From Guillardia theta CCMP2712 (taxonomy: Eukaryota > Protista > Cryptophyta): 64,000 bases of DNA. The translations under genes and the position numbers were made by a program. The first letter of the stretch is position 1. Every line of letters begins with the position of its first letter. Below the pieces are notes generated by a model. That model made no database searches. It saw only the letters and a program-made list of their open reading frames with translations, and was not told the origin of the DNA. Positions 1-14,700 of the stretch are shown one piece after another. The stretch is taken from positions 512,592 through 576,591 of the forward strand of contig NW_005434627.1 of NCBI RefSeq assembly GCF_000315625.1. Reading direction: 5' to 3'.

Positions 1-156
1 GCTTGGAAAGACGCTCTAGACCCATTTTGCCATCATGACATGCTAACTTGAAACTTGCAGCAATTTCTGGCACTCTCAGCGGGGGAGGGCTGTAGAGGGA
101 GCTCTACGTGATCCGCCTGGCAGCTGCACCGGCTGCATTTCTAGTGTTGTAAAGAG

Positions 157-2779
157 ATGAAAGCAAGGACTGTCGTCGTCGTGTCCATCCTAGCAGGGAT
201 GGCCAGCGTGTTCAGCGTTTGGACGGAGTGGCGTACCAAGGCGATCAAGCTAGGAAGCCCGAACACTGATCTCCGAGTCATCTTTTCTCTTCAGTTCTGG
301 GAGATTCTTCTCGACTCCTATCCTCATAAGCTAATCATGTTGAACTTCGGCTGCAACCTTCTCTATCTCGTCGGCAAGGTTTTACAGCTCCTGCTCCTGG
401 GGCAGCTGAGGGAGCTGGAGGCCGCGAAGATCAGCGATCGCGTCAGGACATACGTCCTCGTCAAGTTCATCTTCATGGGAGCTATCCTGCAAGACCACGA
501 CGAGAAGGAGATGATGGTGTGGTTTGTGTGGCTGGCCCTGGTGGGTTTCTTGAAGCAGCTCGGGCTATTGGCGAGGGACCGTCTTGAGTTCATGATGTTG
601 TCGGTACAGACGAAGAGCGTCGACTATGCTCGTCTCGGGCTGCTCATCGCCTTTGTTCTCACCTGCGACGCTGTTCTCATGCGCTGCTGCCTCATGATCT
701 TCGGCTGCTGGCCGTCCAAGTGCGAGGCCGGAGGGTTCGGGGTCACGCTGCTGCTGCTTTTCGAGTGCGTCCTCATTATCGTCGACAGCGCGCAGACGAT
801 CATAAGATTCTGCATCCACATGATCAACTTGTCACGCGATGGGCACTGGGAGCAGCGGAGCCTCTACTCCTTCTACACGGAGGCTGCAGCGGAACTCATC
901 AACAACTTTCTGAGCCTGTTTCATTACGGTCATGTCTGGATGATCCATGGCATGTCAGTCACGTTCACAGACGCGATGCTGTTTCTCCTGACGCGGAGCA
1001 TCGTGAACAGCATCCGATCAAAGTTCTCTTCCCTCTCAGCGTTCCTCAACATTGACAAGCGCTTCCATGACGCCACTTCGGAGGAGTTGGCGCAGGTCGA
1101 CGACAAGTGTTCTATCTGCTGGGAGACGATGTCAAAGGCCAAGGTTCTGCCGTGCGGGCATGCTTTCCACCTGGTCTGTCTCAGGTGCTGAGCTGCTCCT
1201 CCGATCCTCTCCCAGCCTCCCACTCATGGTTCTGCAGGGGCTGGATCGAGCATTCAGCAACATGTCCAAATTGCAGGCGATCCATCTCGGGTGACAGCTC
1301 GGCAGAAGAACGACAGAACAATATGCAGGATGGAAGGGCAGAAGATGGTAACAATGCTGGACTGCAGGAAGAGGGATTCAGGTTCATCCCTGCCTCCCTC
1401 TCTCCTTCCATCCATCCATCCATCTCCCTCCCTCCCTCCCTCCCTCCCTCCCTCCCTCCCTCCCTCCCTCCCTCCCTCCCTCCCTCCCTCCCTCCCTCCC
1501 TCCCTCCCCATGTTTGTTCCTTCTCTCCCCTTCTCTCTCGCTTCCAACTTCCCGGGGGTCTCACGCTGCAGCAGAAACGGCGGTGCGAACCTTCCGGGGC
1601 AGAGAAGGCGGTGGAGCATTTTGAGATGGTGAGGCCGAGGAGGCTTGCCGGTTGTTTGATCCCAACGCTGCAGGTTGTCGATGAATGAGAATGGCAGACA
1701 AGGAGGAAATCAGCGGAGAGGTTTCCTCCCCTTTCTGAGAGATGTCTCTCTGCAGGCAGATGAAATCCCGCAGGTATTGTTTTGTTCACGCTCGAGAGTT
1801 TTCATGAGGATGATGCTTGCTGCGGCAGGAAATCGTGCAGTCTGTCCTTAACGTCATGCCGAATCTGTCGCCCAGGGCGGTGAGCAATGATTTGATGATC
1901 ATGATTTATCATGAATCATGATTACGAGGATAGAGTCCATGGTGGTGGTGGTGGTGGTGGTGGTGGTGGTGGTGGTGGTGGTGGATGATAGTGGAGAAAA
2001 GGATCGTGTGGTGGAGGAGGAGAGGATGGTGGTGGTGGTGATGAGGATGATGATGATGATGATCACGATGATTTTGATCACGATCACGATCAGGATCACG
2101 ATGATCATGATAGAAATATCTTGGCTCTGATCGGCCAACCCCCAGGTTCGACAGGATCTCATCAGAACCATGGACGTTCAAGTCACTGTCAACAGGTTTG
2201 ACCATCCTCCCAACTCTCTTCCCTTCTTACTCCTTTCCCCTTAAAGGGGCCTTGAAGGCCTGATCGCCGAGGCGAGCTCGCCCATGCCACCCCCCAGCCA
2301 GCAGAGGGTAAGCAGCAAGCTCTTGTGCTCCTGCTCCTCTGCTCACCAGTTGCTCCTCCAGCCTCGCCCACCGCAGGAAGCGGACGGGGAGCGTGACGCT
2401 GGTCCCCAGCGAAGTGAGGATGAAATCTCGCAAGAAGAAGACTTGCGGAGGCAAGGGAGTGAGAGTCAAGGGAGGGACGTCCGTGCGGCAGCAGCAGCGG
2501 CAGCAGCAGCGGCAGAAGCGGCAGCCGACGATGGAGCCAACCAGAGGTCGGAAGAGGGAGAAACAGCAGGCGAAGGTTGATTTTCTCGATTGAGGAGTCA
2601 GGGTTGACGACCCCGCAGAAATCTCGGAGGAGACGACTTGCGCGGCAGAGGGAGGAGAGATGGTACAGCGCAGAATGCTTCTCGCTCAGGCGGTTCGTTG
2701 CATGGAGTTGGGAGGGGCATGTCTGACTTGTGACGCCTCAGGCTATGAGAAGAGCCGCACCAAAGGAGCACCAGGAGTG
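157..2779 (+). CDS. ERAD E3 ubiquitin ligase, AMFR/gp78/HRD1-like (multi-TM, RING-H2, CUE); multi-exon
   Basis: HRD1-like TM region, then RING CSICWETM..LPCGHAFHLVCLR. An intron at ~1185-1237 joins it to GWIEHSATCPNCR. A CUE-like motif EIVQSVLNVMPNLSPRA|VRQDLIRTMDVQVTVN is split by an intron at ~1880-2145. The 3' exon boundaries are approximate. Confidence 0.85.
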
Positions 2780-3463
2780 ACTCGGATCAACTTCTTCTTC
2801 TCTTGTAACATACTCGACTCATGCTTTCATATCCTTCCCTGCGGCTCACTGAAGGCTCTCTCAACACCCAACACGCTCACCCTCACCCCGCAACAGTGCC
2901 CAGCCAGCCTGCTGACAGTGTGGCGTCTGGCGGGGGACCTTCATTGTCATGGCACAAACAGACTCAGTGCCGCAAGGTTGCCACTGTCCGGGCGATTCAA
3001 GTCGCCACGGCCGCGCCGCACTGAGCCCGCCCGGCACCGCCGGGCCCGGCGCACTCGGAAGGGGACTCAGTGAACGGTCAGTACCGAAGTCTTTTACTCA
3101 AAGTTAAGTCAGAGTGACGCACCTCACACCGTTGGGCTGTAGACTGATTATTTTACTCAAATATGCTAATCTTCACGTGCGAATGCTGCTAACGAAAGCG
3201 AGGGAGCGAAATATGGCGAGGGACGAGAAGGAGGGAGGGAGGGAAGATGAGAGGGAGGGAGGCATGGAGTGGGCAGAGATGGGCGAAGGAGCAAAGGGAG
3301 GAGCAAAGGGAGGAGCGAGCAAGTGGGAGGGAGAGGGCAGGCAATTCGCACACGTAACGTTACATGCACATGGCATCTCGTGGCTAAAGCAACACCAATG
3401 ATGATCGATGACATTCGATTGAGCAGGTAGACTGAAGGAGGTTCTTGTCATCTTTCATCAAAG

Positions 3464-5636
3464 ATGCAGAGCACGACTTCCATCGATCTGCAGCTGGTCA
3501 GTGTGTTGGTGTACTTTGATTCTGTTCCTGACATGCCGCTGACAGTTCTGGCAACTTTCTTCCAACAATGAGAGCGAAAGAACGAGCTCGTCATTTGTTC
3601 TGTGTAAAGATTTGATCAAATGTCAGAAAGACTTTACCGCAGCGAACAAGACAGGCCAGAAGGGCAAGCTGGAAGAGATGATGTGCAGCGATCTGAGCTA
3701 CACTGTGAAGCGACTTTTGCGGGGCATGGCTTCGTCAAGAGACGGGTCGAGACACGGGTTCTCCATGACGTTCAGTGTGCTGTTGAAGGCGTTCAGCTTC
3801 ATTGATGGTAACGAGATTTTTGACATGATGTTGGACCTGCTGAAGGTCAAGGGCGTGACCAGTCAAGAGGAGAAGGAGTCGAACTTTGGTAGGCTCTTCG
3901 GATGTTTTGCTATCATCAGGTCAAGGTTTGCTGGGCAGAAGGTGGAGATTGATGGGGAGGCGTTGGAGGACTCCCTTTTCTGGAAGTTGATGAGCGAGTT
4001 GAGGAGACTGTCTAAGACGAAGTTCTACATGGAAGAGAGCTGTACATCAGCGATGCTCACGCTCATGTCGTCGGTGAAGGGTGACGCTTTTCAGAAGCAT
4101 GTGGCTGGCAGGATGCGGGAGTGGCTCAAGGAGGTGGAGGTGGAGGAGATGACACCCAGTGATCTCGAGCTGCACCTTGCGATCGAGTGGTACGGCAAGT
4201 CTGACAGGAAGAAGCTGCTGAGCTCGGACATGGTCAGCAAGATGTGCGAGCCGCTCAAGAACAGCGCTACGTCCCATCCTCGCGTCCATGGCGTCTGGTT
4301 GCTGATCTTTGAGATGCTGGGGCTACAGACCGGCCGGAACGTGTTTGGGGAGACTGTAGGAAGGAAGGACAGTGAGGAGATCGAGCAGAGCAGCCGGCAG
4401 GCGCTGGAGAGGCTGTGGCAGACAGTGGTCGATGAAGGCTTGATGCTGTCGGGGCACGAGAGGAGGTTCTTGGGGCTGTCGTTGTGTGAGATGCTGGTGA
4501 AGGAGCTGCCCAGCAAGGAGTCGAAGATCGTCCTGTCGCCCAACGTGATGAGCTGCCTCGTCAACAACGCGGGGAGGAAGGGAACGCTGCTGAGAGACGT
4601 GTCGCTCAAGCTTGTTAACGCCATCATAGCGCGAGCCAAGACCAGCCCAGTCTTCTCCGAGAGCCTCCTGCAGGTTTTCGTCGCCCGCCATCGTGATTTT
4701 GACAAGATGACCAAGACGAGGACGATGGGGACGCTGGTGGAGAACTTGGACGCCAACAGCGCCATGGGTCACCTGCATCGTCTGCTCTCCATCTTCATGG
4801 ACAAGACTGGTGAGTCGCAAGCCAACGAGCGAGGTTCCCCCAAGATATGGGCGCTTGACAACATCCTCTCCCTCATCTCCCGGTCCTCCGACAAGTTCCC
4901 TCAGCCCGTCTTGCAGTACCTCCTCCTCTGGACCATGACCATGGCCTTCTTCACGCGTGAAGACGCCAAGGGCAAGCAGAAGATCGCGGATGCTCCTGCC
5001 TGTGACTTCGTCAAGTCAAAGTTTCTCAGCTTCGTTGAAGAACTTTCGCACCATCGGCAAGCTGACAAGGACGAGGCCATGGAGGTGGAAACGAGCGGAG
5101 GAGTCGAAAAGATCTCCAAACTCCTCAAGACTGACCTTCAGCCAGTGCTAGGTCGCTATCGTTCCTCCATCTTCCTGTCTTATTCTCCTTTCCTCTCCTC
5201 TTCTTCCCTGTTCCTCCTCTCTCTTCTTTCCTCCCCTCTCTTCTCTCACTCCTCCTCTTCTCACTCCTCTCACTCTTTCATTCTCAACTTCACCCTCACC
5301 CACTCCCTCAACATCCTTCACTTCTCCTCCGTTCTTTCTCCCTCCCTTCTCCTCCTCTTACTTCATGTCATAGATGTCGTCAACAAAGACGATCTGGTCG
5401 GAAAGGCACTTTCTCTCCTCTCCTCCCGTACATCGCTGACTAGCAGCAGGACGGCAAGCTCAAGCACGCCAAAGTTTTCTGGCTGCTGCAGGCCAACCTG
5501 ATGTAAAGTTGACCGTCTGAGCTGCAGCGACTGACATGTCCAGCAGGGCCGACGCGCTCGAGAAGGAATCATGGCAGCCGAACATCGCCACCCTTCCCGA
5601 GGTGAAGAAAGTGCTCAAGGATACCTGGTAAGGCTT

Positions 5637-5670
<34 letters not shown>

Positions 5671-8600
5671 CCGTCACTATCCTCCCTGGTCCTCCTCCTC
5701 CTCCTCCTCCTCCTCCTCCTCCTCCTCCTCCTCCTCCTCCCTCCTCCTCCTCCTCCTCACCCTCCTCCTCCTCCCCCTCCTCCTCCTCCTCCTCCTCCTC
5801 CTGCTCCCCGTCACTATCCTCCCTGCTCCTGCTCCTGCTCCTGCTCCTGCTTCTGCTCCTGCTCCTGCTCCTGCTTCTGCTCCTGCTCCTGCTCCTGCTC
5901 CCCGTTACTATCCTCCCTGCTCCTGCTCCTGCTCCTGCTCCTTCTCTTGTTCCTGCCTTCTGCCCCTTCCCTCATTTCTCCTCTCATCTCATTGCCCTCA
6001 CCTTGTATTGCTGTCTCTCCTTCCATCTTTGAGATCGATACAGGAAAGACGTCAAAACCATGACGTCTCATCTGAATCGTCAGGATATTTCCAGCAAGGT
6101 ATAGCACCTTGCTTCTCCTCCTCTTCCTCTTCTTCTTCCTCTTCCTCCTCTTCCTCCTGTCTCGTCTGTGACCTCCTCCTCCTCATCCTGTCACTTCCCC
6201 CTGCTCATCCTGTCGTGTTTCCCCCTTCCTTGTCCTAGTCGTCCATCTCCTGCCTCGTTCCTTCTTCTCTCTCGAACCTCTTCATCCTCCATCTCTCTTC
6301 TGACAACATTGCAGGCTCGCATTCAAATCGAGTCCTTGCTCGAGCTCTTTCTCACCAGTCGCCTGGAATTTCTTTCAGACTTCTCTCAGACTTCTGACGT
6401 TCTTGTTGAGCTCCAACAATGTTACAAGAAGATCGCAAAGTAAGAGCCTCCTTCATCTCTTCTCATCTGCTTCTCCTATTTCTTTTGCTATCTCCTTCTT
6501 CTCTTTCTTCTCTTTTCATCTTCTCCTCCTGTTTCTTGCGCTATCTTCTTTTGTTCCTTCTGTGTTGCTTCTACTCCTCTTCTTTATCTCCCGTATCTTC
6601 TCAGTCTTCCATCCTTCATCTCATTTTCTTTCAGAGTTCTTGGGCTGGAAAAGCCCCCGAAAGGAAAGAAGGTCAGTTGCAAGAGGAGGAAGAGGATGGA
6701 AAAGGAGGACGAGGACAAGGACGAGGACAAGGACGAGGACGACGAGGACGAGGAGGACGAGGAGGATGGAAAAGGAGGACGAGGACGAGGACGAGGACGA
6801 TGAGGATGGAAAGAGAGGAGAACGACGAGGAGAATGAGGAATAAAAAATATGAGAGTCAGATTAGGACAAAAGGGAAGAGGAGGAGGAGGAAGTAGTGGT
6901 AGTGGTGGTAGTGCAGATGATGGTGATAGTGACGGAGATTCGCTTCTAACTGGGAGGAACTTGGCAGGAAGCAGCTAAGGAGGAGGAGGAGGAGGAGGAG
7001 GTGATGACAGTCTTCGTGGAGCTCCTCCTCTCTCTCCTGGCACGACCGTCTGCTGCTCTTCGCTCGGTCGTCAAGAGAAACTTCCGTGCCTTCTGCGACT
7101 TTCTCACCCCCGGGGCTGTTGGCGTGTTGACCACCGTCCTCTCTCAGTCCGGTAAGGCCCTCCTCTTCCTCCTCTTCCCCCTCTTCCTTCTCCTCGTCCC
7201 CTTCCTCCCCTCTCTCCTCCTCCTCCCTTGCTCACATCCCTGCTATCCCTCGCCTTCCTCTTCTCACTCCTCTTCCCTCCGCCTCTCTTCCATCTTCTCC
7301 TCCTCTCCCTGCCTCGTTCCTTCGTCTCAGTTTCTATCCCTCGGCCCCTAATCTTACGTCTTTTGTCTTGCAGACAAGGATTTGTTCAATGAAGAAGCAG
7401 AAGAGGAGGAGGAGGAGGAGGAGGAGGACGATGACGATGACGACGACGACGACGAGGACGATGAAGATGAAGATGAAGATGAGGATGACGACGAAGATGA
7501 AGATGAGGATGACGACGAAGATGAAGATAAGGAGCCGAAAGCTTCAGCAGCAGACGTTCGAAAGGTGAGGAGGAAGAGAGGGAGGAGAGGATGAAACTGA
7601 GCAGAGCGCAGGTGAATGTGGAGGAGGATGACGATGATGAGGAGTGGGACGATGAGAAGATGTTTGCCATGGACAAGCTGATAGCCGAGGCGTTCAAGAG
7701 CAAGCAGGAGGAGAGGAGGCTCGCCAAGCAGAGCAGCAGCATGTCGCTGATCCTCAAGCTCCGCACCCTTGAGCTTGTTGAGATCTTTCTCTCGCGCTCT
7801 CCCTCCTCTCCTCTCGTCCTCGACCTCCTCGAGCCTCTCCTCGCCCTCGCCGTCAGCGGAGGGTCAGACGGTAGCGCAGGAGGAGAGTCGAGGGAGCAGC
7901 GGGTGGATTTCTTCGCCAAGGCTTCGATCGTGTACGCGGAGAGGCTGTGCAAGCTCAAGACTGTACCGCAGCTGAGCAGCGAGGAGGAGGAGGAGAAGGT
8001 TGCTTCTTCCCTGAAGATGCTCTTCGCTCGGATGGGGGCCCCGCACCAGGGGGAGCTAGTCGCTGCCGGCCTCTTCTTCCTCCTCCGCGTCATCTCGGCC
8101 AACAGAAGTCGCGAGGGGCTGGTGGAGGAGGCGACGAAGCAGCTGCGTGAGAGTCTCCTGCTGTGGACCTCTAAGAAGCACTCGAGTATCCGCCCGCTTG
8201 TCTTCCAGCAGCTCGTCCAGCGTCACCCCTGGCTCGGCTGGCGCGTTGCCGAGTCGCTCGCGTCCTCCCTGCCCTCGAGCAAGTCGGACTTCCTCGCCGG
8301 CGCCTGCATGGACATCCTCCTCTCCCTCCTGCGCGACCAGCAGGCCATGACCAAGGAGGAGAATCTGCCGCATGCTCGAGCTCTCTTCGCTTCTCTCCCT
8401 GCCCTGCTGGCTGCAGCTGTTGGCGACAACCTGGAGGAGGAGGGAGGGAAGAAGAAGTCTCGCCTCCTCTCCTCTGCCCTCGCCCTCTCCACCCGCCTCG
8501 TGCAGGCGGCAGGCAAGTTGCCTGAGCTGAAGCTTGAGCTCGCGCCCCTCCGGTCCCTCGCTGAGAAGATCTCGACGAGCAAGAGCAGCAGCAGCTCCAA

Positions 8601-8851
8601 GGCGATCAAGGACTCGACCAAACGGGTGAGCTCTTCCCTCCTCCTCCACCTTCCTCCTCCCTCCTCGTCCTCTTTCCCTCCAACCCGCCCTCCTCCTTTC
8701 ATCCTTTTCTCTTCTTCACGTCTCCTCTCCCCTCCTGCTCTTGATTGACTTGCTGCAGCTGGTGGCGTTGATGGATGCCAAGGAGCCCAAGGAGAAGAAG
8801 CGAGGAAGCGACTCGGCAGCAGCGACGCCGAGAAAGAAGTCGAAGAAGTGA
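3464..8851 (+). CDS. DNA polymerase V / MYB-binding protein 1A family nucleolar protein; multi-exon
   Basis: Family motif YTVKRLLRGMASSRDGSRHGFS, HEAT/ARM-like body, acidic tracts, WDDEKMFAMDKLIAEAFK and a basic C-terminus (PRKKSKK*). GT-AG introns are filled with CT-rich microsatellites. Confidence 0.85.
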
Positions 8852-9704
8852 GGGAGACAGAGAAAGGAGAGAGAAGGAGGGATGAACTAGAAATGTACAG
8901 AGTGAAACCAGGAAAGAGATGAACGACTTCGAAATAATGCAACAATAACAATCAGATGATCTTTTCTTCCTTCTTGCTTGTCCTCTCTCTTCTCTCCTCT
9001 TCCTCCTCATTTTCCTTGTGTTTGAAATCTCTGTGCTGTTCTCCATCATAGTTTTCTCCATTTTCTCCATCATCATTGTCTTCATCATAGTTTTCTCCAT
9101 CATCATTGTCTTCATCATAGTTTTCTTCACCGTTGTTTTCTTCTTCATATTCTTCATATTTACAACTTGCAATCTACGACCTCTCACTTCGAATCACCCC
9201 AGAACGCAAGTGAGCCCCATGACAAGATCATTCCTTCCTCCATCCTCCCTCCTATATCCCCCGACCTGCCGATCCCCGTCAGCTCTCCTCCTCCTCCCTC
9301 CCCCCCCCCAACGGTTCTTAAAACTTATCGCTCTCTCTCTCTCTCTCTCTCATAAAAGGCCGAAGATATTGGGCACCCCCGATGCCACTACAAAATACCA
9401 TGAATAATGGCTGGTGGCGCAGAGTGGTCTACGCTCCGTTCACTCTCAAAATCTATACCATGCCATGTTATATGCGGTGACTGTCCCCCACGTCTGTCGA
9501 TGAGATGTATCTGCATTATATGGTCTAGGAGTACGAGGAGATCTAGCATCTGCACACGTGACAAGATGCCCTTCCAGCCTACAAGAGAATCATAGCTTGG
9601 GAAGTTCGTGGACCCAGACGTCTTTCCCATTGCATTGTGTGAACTCCATAGCCAGTTCATTGCAATGAGCGCTGACGACTCGTTAGCATTCGATGGCTGA
9701 GCTG

Positions 9705-10188
9705 NNNNNNNNNNNNNNNNNNNNNNNNNNNNNNNNNNNNNNNNNNNNNNNNNNNNNNNNNNNNNNNNNNNNNNNNNNNNNNNNNNNNNNNNNNNNNNNN
9801 NNNNNNNNNNNNNNNNNNNNNNNNNNNNNNNNNNNNNNNNNNNNNNNNNNNNNNNNNNNNNNNNNNNNNNNNNNNNNNNNNNNNNNNNNNNNNNNNNNNN
9901 NNNNNNNNNNNNNNNNNNNNNNNNNNNNNNNNNNNNNNNNNNNNNNNNNNNNNNNNNNNNNNNNNNNNNNNNNNNNNNNNNNNNNNNNNNNNNNNNNNNN
10001 NNNNNNNNNNNNNNNNNNNNNNNNNNNNNNNNNNNNNNNNNNNNNNNNNNNNNNNNNNNNNNNNNNNNNNNNNNNNNNNNNNNNNNNNNNNNNNNNNNNN
10101 NNNNNNNNNNNNNNNNNNNNNNNNNNNNNNNNNNNNNNNNNNNNNNNNNNNNNNNNNNNNNNNNNNNNNNNNNNNNNNNNNNNNNNNN
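9705..10188. other. assembly gap
   Basis: Run of N. Confidence 1.
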
Positions 10189-10353
10189 CTCTCACCTCTT
10201 ACGTCCTCCATCTCTGTTCTCTCCTCCCTCCTCTCCTCCCTCCTCTCCTCCCTCCTCTCCTCCCTCCTCTCCTCCCTCCTCTCCTCCCTCCTCTCCTCCC
10301 TCCCCTTCCTCTTCCTCTTCCTCTTCCTTCTCCTCGTCCACGACCTTTGCTTA

Positions 10354-11727
10354 TCAATGTCCGGGCTGACTATGACCGGAGCGAACAGCTCGAAGAATTC
10401 TTCGCCCTTCTGCCAGGGGAACCTGATGACAGGCGTCAGCAGCTGACGGGCCCCCGACTTGCCTCCACCTCTTGGCCAGCAGCCGGTAGGTGAAGATGTA
10501 GGACAAGACCATGATCGCGAACCCTCCGACTGCGATGACGACGATGAGCCAGACAGGGAACGTGGAGCTCTTGACGTTGATCGTGCTGCCCAGGACTGAT
10601 GGAGGGGGAGAAGTTTGCGGGGTAGCGACCTCGGCCCCCCCCAGCACGATGAGGTTAGCGTAGGCCGAGAAGGAAAGCAGAGTCACGCTCGTCTCCTCCT
10701 TCGCTACCATGAAGGTCGAGTTCACTGCCGAGCTCCAGCGCCAGATTCCGTTCTCCAGCCGATGGACCTTGACGAGCTGGCCGGCTGCTGGAGGCGATCG
10801 GACCGGCATCGTCAGCTGGACTCCAGGAGCGTTCAAGAGGATGCCTGACGGCTCGAGGTAGACGACCAGGTTGTTGCCCAACTGCATGAGGGCTGGGTTG
10901 GGGACGATAGGAGGAAGGAGCAGCTGCGTGAGCTCGACCGTTCCTGGCCCCCCTGCTGGCCATGCGCCTTGAGGGATCTCAAGGGAGATGCCGGAGGAGA
11001 GGTTGAGAAGTAGCGGCTGATTCATGGCGCGCCGGGAGGAAGAGGAGGGAACGAAGGTGATGGGAGAGGATACAGACTCCACGGGGATGCGGCAACCGGA
11101 GAAGGCGGGAGAGGAGGCCATCTTGTTGAGCACGACGAAGTTGAGGGAGGAGTCGAAGTAGCCGACGTGCCACCAGGAGCCGTCGGAGGCGGCGGTGGGG
11201 CGGAGGAGGATGGAAGAGGAGGACGGGTGCAGGTGGTCTTCGATCTCAAAGTTGATGTCCTGACCCCGCAAGTTCTGGTTGTCCAGCGATCGAGCCCACA
11301 CGTCGATATGTCCTTGAGCAATCCCATCCAAGATCACCGCCTCCACGTCGTTGGCTGCCGAGAAGTATCGAACCTTTCCTGTCGTCCCCTTGAGCGTCGC
11401 AAACTTGCACGTCTGCCGGACAGACAGCGGAGTCTCGCAGGCTGCGTTGAAGGGCTCGTACGCTCCTGCGTCAGCACAAGGGAAGACCCAGAGGTCGAGG
11501 TTGGCGAAGACTTGCTGGTTCCAAGAGAGGATGATCCAGATGTTGTTGTCGGCAGGTGTAACGAAGGTGGACACAGTTTGGCTGTAGACCTCACCCGAGT
11601 ACTTGACCGTCACCAACTTGCTGATGTAGTTTTCTTTGTTCAGGCTCACAAGGTACTCTTGATAGTTCGATCCTTGCACTCCGAACAGCAAGTTGGAGAA
11701 GGAGATTCTGAGAAGACAATCAGTGCA

Positions 11728-11795
<68 letters not shown>

Positions 11796-14700
11796 GAGCT
11801 GGAGCTGGAGCAGGAGCAGGAGCAGGAGCAGGAAGAGCAGCATTCATGATCAGGGTCTACCTGGCGCCAGCAACGATTCCCTTGGAGACGAGGACGCGAG
11901 AGGCAGGAGGAGCAGAGTCACAAGGTCCCTTGCAACCGGTGATGTCGTACGTCACGCCCTCCACCCGCTGCCCCGTCGCTGCATCGCGTACAGTGAGCAG
12001 CAGCTCGAGTTTGTATCCTGCGATGTAAGGAATGGGGTCTTCTTTGATCTGATCGAAGTTGACTAGGTTCCAGGACGACGCTCCTCCTCTCTTCCGCACG
12101 TAGCCCACGTACCACCAGGACGCGATGAGAGCGTTGGGGGAGGTGTACATGCGGTAGACTTGACCGTTGTCAAGGTAGACCGTAAGTTCCTCCGCTCCCA
12201 CGAACGTGAGCTGCGAGTCAAGAGTTGGCTGGCGGACGTTGACGTAAACCTGATAGTCACCGTCGAGCGCGTTTGACAGTCGCAAGACCTGCGATCTCAG
12301 AGTCAGAGTCTCCCTCTCCTGCCTCTGCTGCCTCTTGATTCCTCCTCTTCCTACTCTTCCTCCTCTTCCTCCTCTTCCTCCTCTTCCTCCCTCACCTCAG
12401 GCCCGTTCCCGTCGACGTCCATCCTCTCCAGCAGCACTTGGTTGACCTTTGACGAGTCGCCCTGGGCATTCACGTACATCTCGCGGCAATCTCGGAAGAC
12501 TCCTCCGCCCGAGATGACAAGGCCAGACGAGCACGAGACGTTGTTGGAGGAGTAGGAGAGCGTCTGACCTACAAGCGGCTTGTAGACGAGGAAGAGGTCG
12601 AGGTTGGCAGGAACGTCTCCCCACCTGAGGACGAACCGAATGACCTGAGGAAGCTTCTTGAAGAGGAAGAGGTCAAGAGCGAAAGTCGGTCTCGACCACC
12701 AGCGACAGGTCTGGTACAAATTCCTCTCCTTGTATCCTCCACACGCCGTTCCTTCCTCGATGCTCTGCCGCACAAGCCCGTCTGCCGAGACGTTCAGGGC
12801 GGATCGCAGCTCGACCTGCTCGCTGAAGTATGCGGGGTTGTCAAAACTCAAGTACCAGCGGCCAGCTGGGAGAAGCAGCTCGCCGGTGAGGGGGTTGGAG
12901 ACTTGACAACCATAGAGAGAGACGGCGTCGGCGAGTGAGGTGATGGTGTAGTACAAGGACTGAGCGATGGAGCTGAAGAAAGGCGAGTTGCTTGCGATCT
13001 TGGCCTCTGCGTCCATTGTGCTGTCCGAGCTCTCAGTGTAGAAGCGGAAAAAGCTGAAGGTCGAAAAGGGTCGCGACCGCGTCGGGCATTGCGCGTCGTT
13101 GCCAACGATCATGACCGTCGTCTCCGGCTTCGCCAGCAGGTTTCTCAGCTGGAAGGCGAAGCGATAGAGCTGGATGGGGAGGAGGGTACCGGACACAAGC
13201 AGCGTCAGGCTCTTCTTGCTGTTGTCCCACCGCCCATAGCCCGCCTGGTGGGTCGAGGCCGACGAGAACCGCATGGGATGATCGCAAGACGCTGAGGCGG
13301 CGCAGTTGACGTCGGGCAAGAGCTTGACGTCCCCTGACGGGCCCGAGAAGCTCCGTAGGCCGTAGACGGTGATGGTGTGCTGCATGCGAGGAGTGATGAG
13401 GGAGTTGAAGCTCAGGGTCAGGGAGATGCTGTTGACAGCTCCGGGAAAGTTGGTGGAGGAGGCGATACGCTTCTCGTAGAGGGAGGCCGAGTAGACGTTG
13501 AGCGGGTTGACGTCAAGGTCCGGCAGGCTCTTAGCTCCCGGCTGAATGCCGCCCGTAGAGCATGCGCCGAGGCCGGAGAGGGGTCTAGAGGATCTGTCAG
13601 AGCGAGAGGAGAGGAGAGGAAGCAGGACAGAGGAGGAGGAGAAGAATGATGAGAAGGCGTGGGGGGGGGAGGAGGAGGGAGGAGGGAGAAGTGTAAGATG
13701 AGACCTTGTCACAGGTAAGGGAGGAATGACTATTCCTTCTGTAGACATGTTAATGTTGAGGGAGTAGCTCAGCTTGAACGTGTTGGTAACTTGAAAACTT
13801 TTTGACACGTCAGTACCAGTATCATCACACAAGATTCTGACCTGAAGGCATACTTTGTTGACGGCTTTGTGTCTTTTCTGATGTAAATGACGATCTTCTT
13901 TTTGGCATCATCCCATCGAGCCGTTCCCAACTTCAGTTCGCTTGTTGACATGCCGTTGCTCATGGCCTCGCTAACGCAGTTTCCGTCATCGTACGCGTAG
14001 TCCGCGCAGTTCCACAAGGCATGACAGACTCCGTCGCCCAGCGCAGGCAGCTCGTTTCTCCGACTGCAGACAAGGAAAATAGAGTCAGAGAGACAAGTGA
14101 AGCCGATCCACGTAGAGCAACAGCAGCGGCAGCATACGAACTCAAGTAACGTTAGCGTCAGAGAAGCATCAGCATTAGCTGATGTCAAGACTTAGATGTG
14201 CCCGTAGACAGCATGCTCATGGCATAGTTAACTTAGACAGCTAAGCTCAGTTAGGGCTAGGCTAATCCCACACATAGGAGATGTAACGTTAAGCTCGTAC
14301 AGGTAACGCAACGCTCAGCTATTGTTAACTCACGGATAGAAGGGGTTTGGCTGCTTCTGCCCTCGAAACCAGGACATGGTGGCCTCCTCCTTCTGCCAGA
14401 GGAGAGAAGAGTTGACGTCCTCCAAGCCCTTGCGGTACAGACACATCTTGCTCGTCGCCGAAGAGCTCTGACAAGTTTCCATGACAAGCCCACCAAGGCA
14501 GACGTCCGATGTCTCCACCTTCACCGTTCCGCTCCTAGCCAGCGCCATGCTGGTGTCAAGAGGCGAGTAGGCGGAGAAGAACGTCACGTCCTTGACCACC
14601 TCCTCGCTCGCTGCCGTTGGGCTCTCGAGCCGGAAGATGCTGCGCTGCCATGACGGACACATGTCGCTCCTCCAGTCGGAGCTGGCTGGACCAGGTTGAG

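Noticed and set aside
9345-9704. Possible insertion starting after a CT run
   Set aside because: It is cut by the assembly gap and has no recognisable motif.
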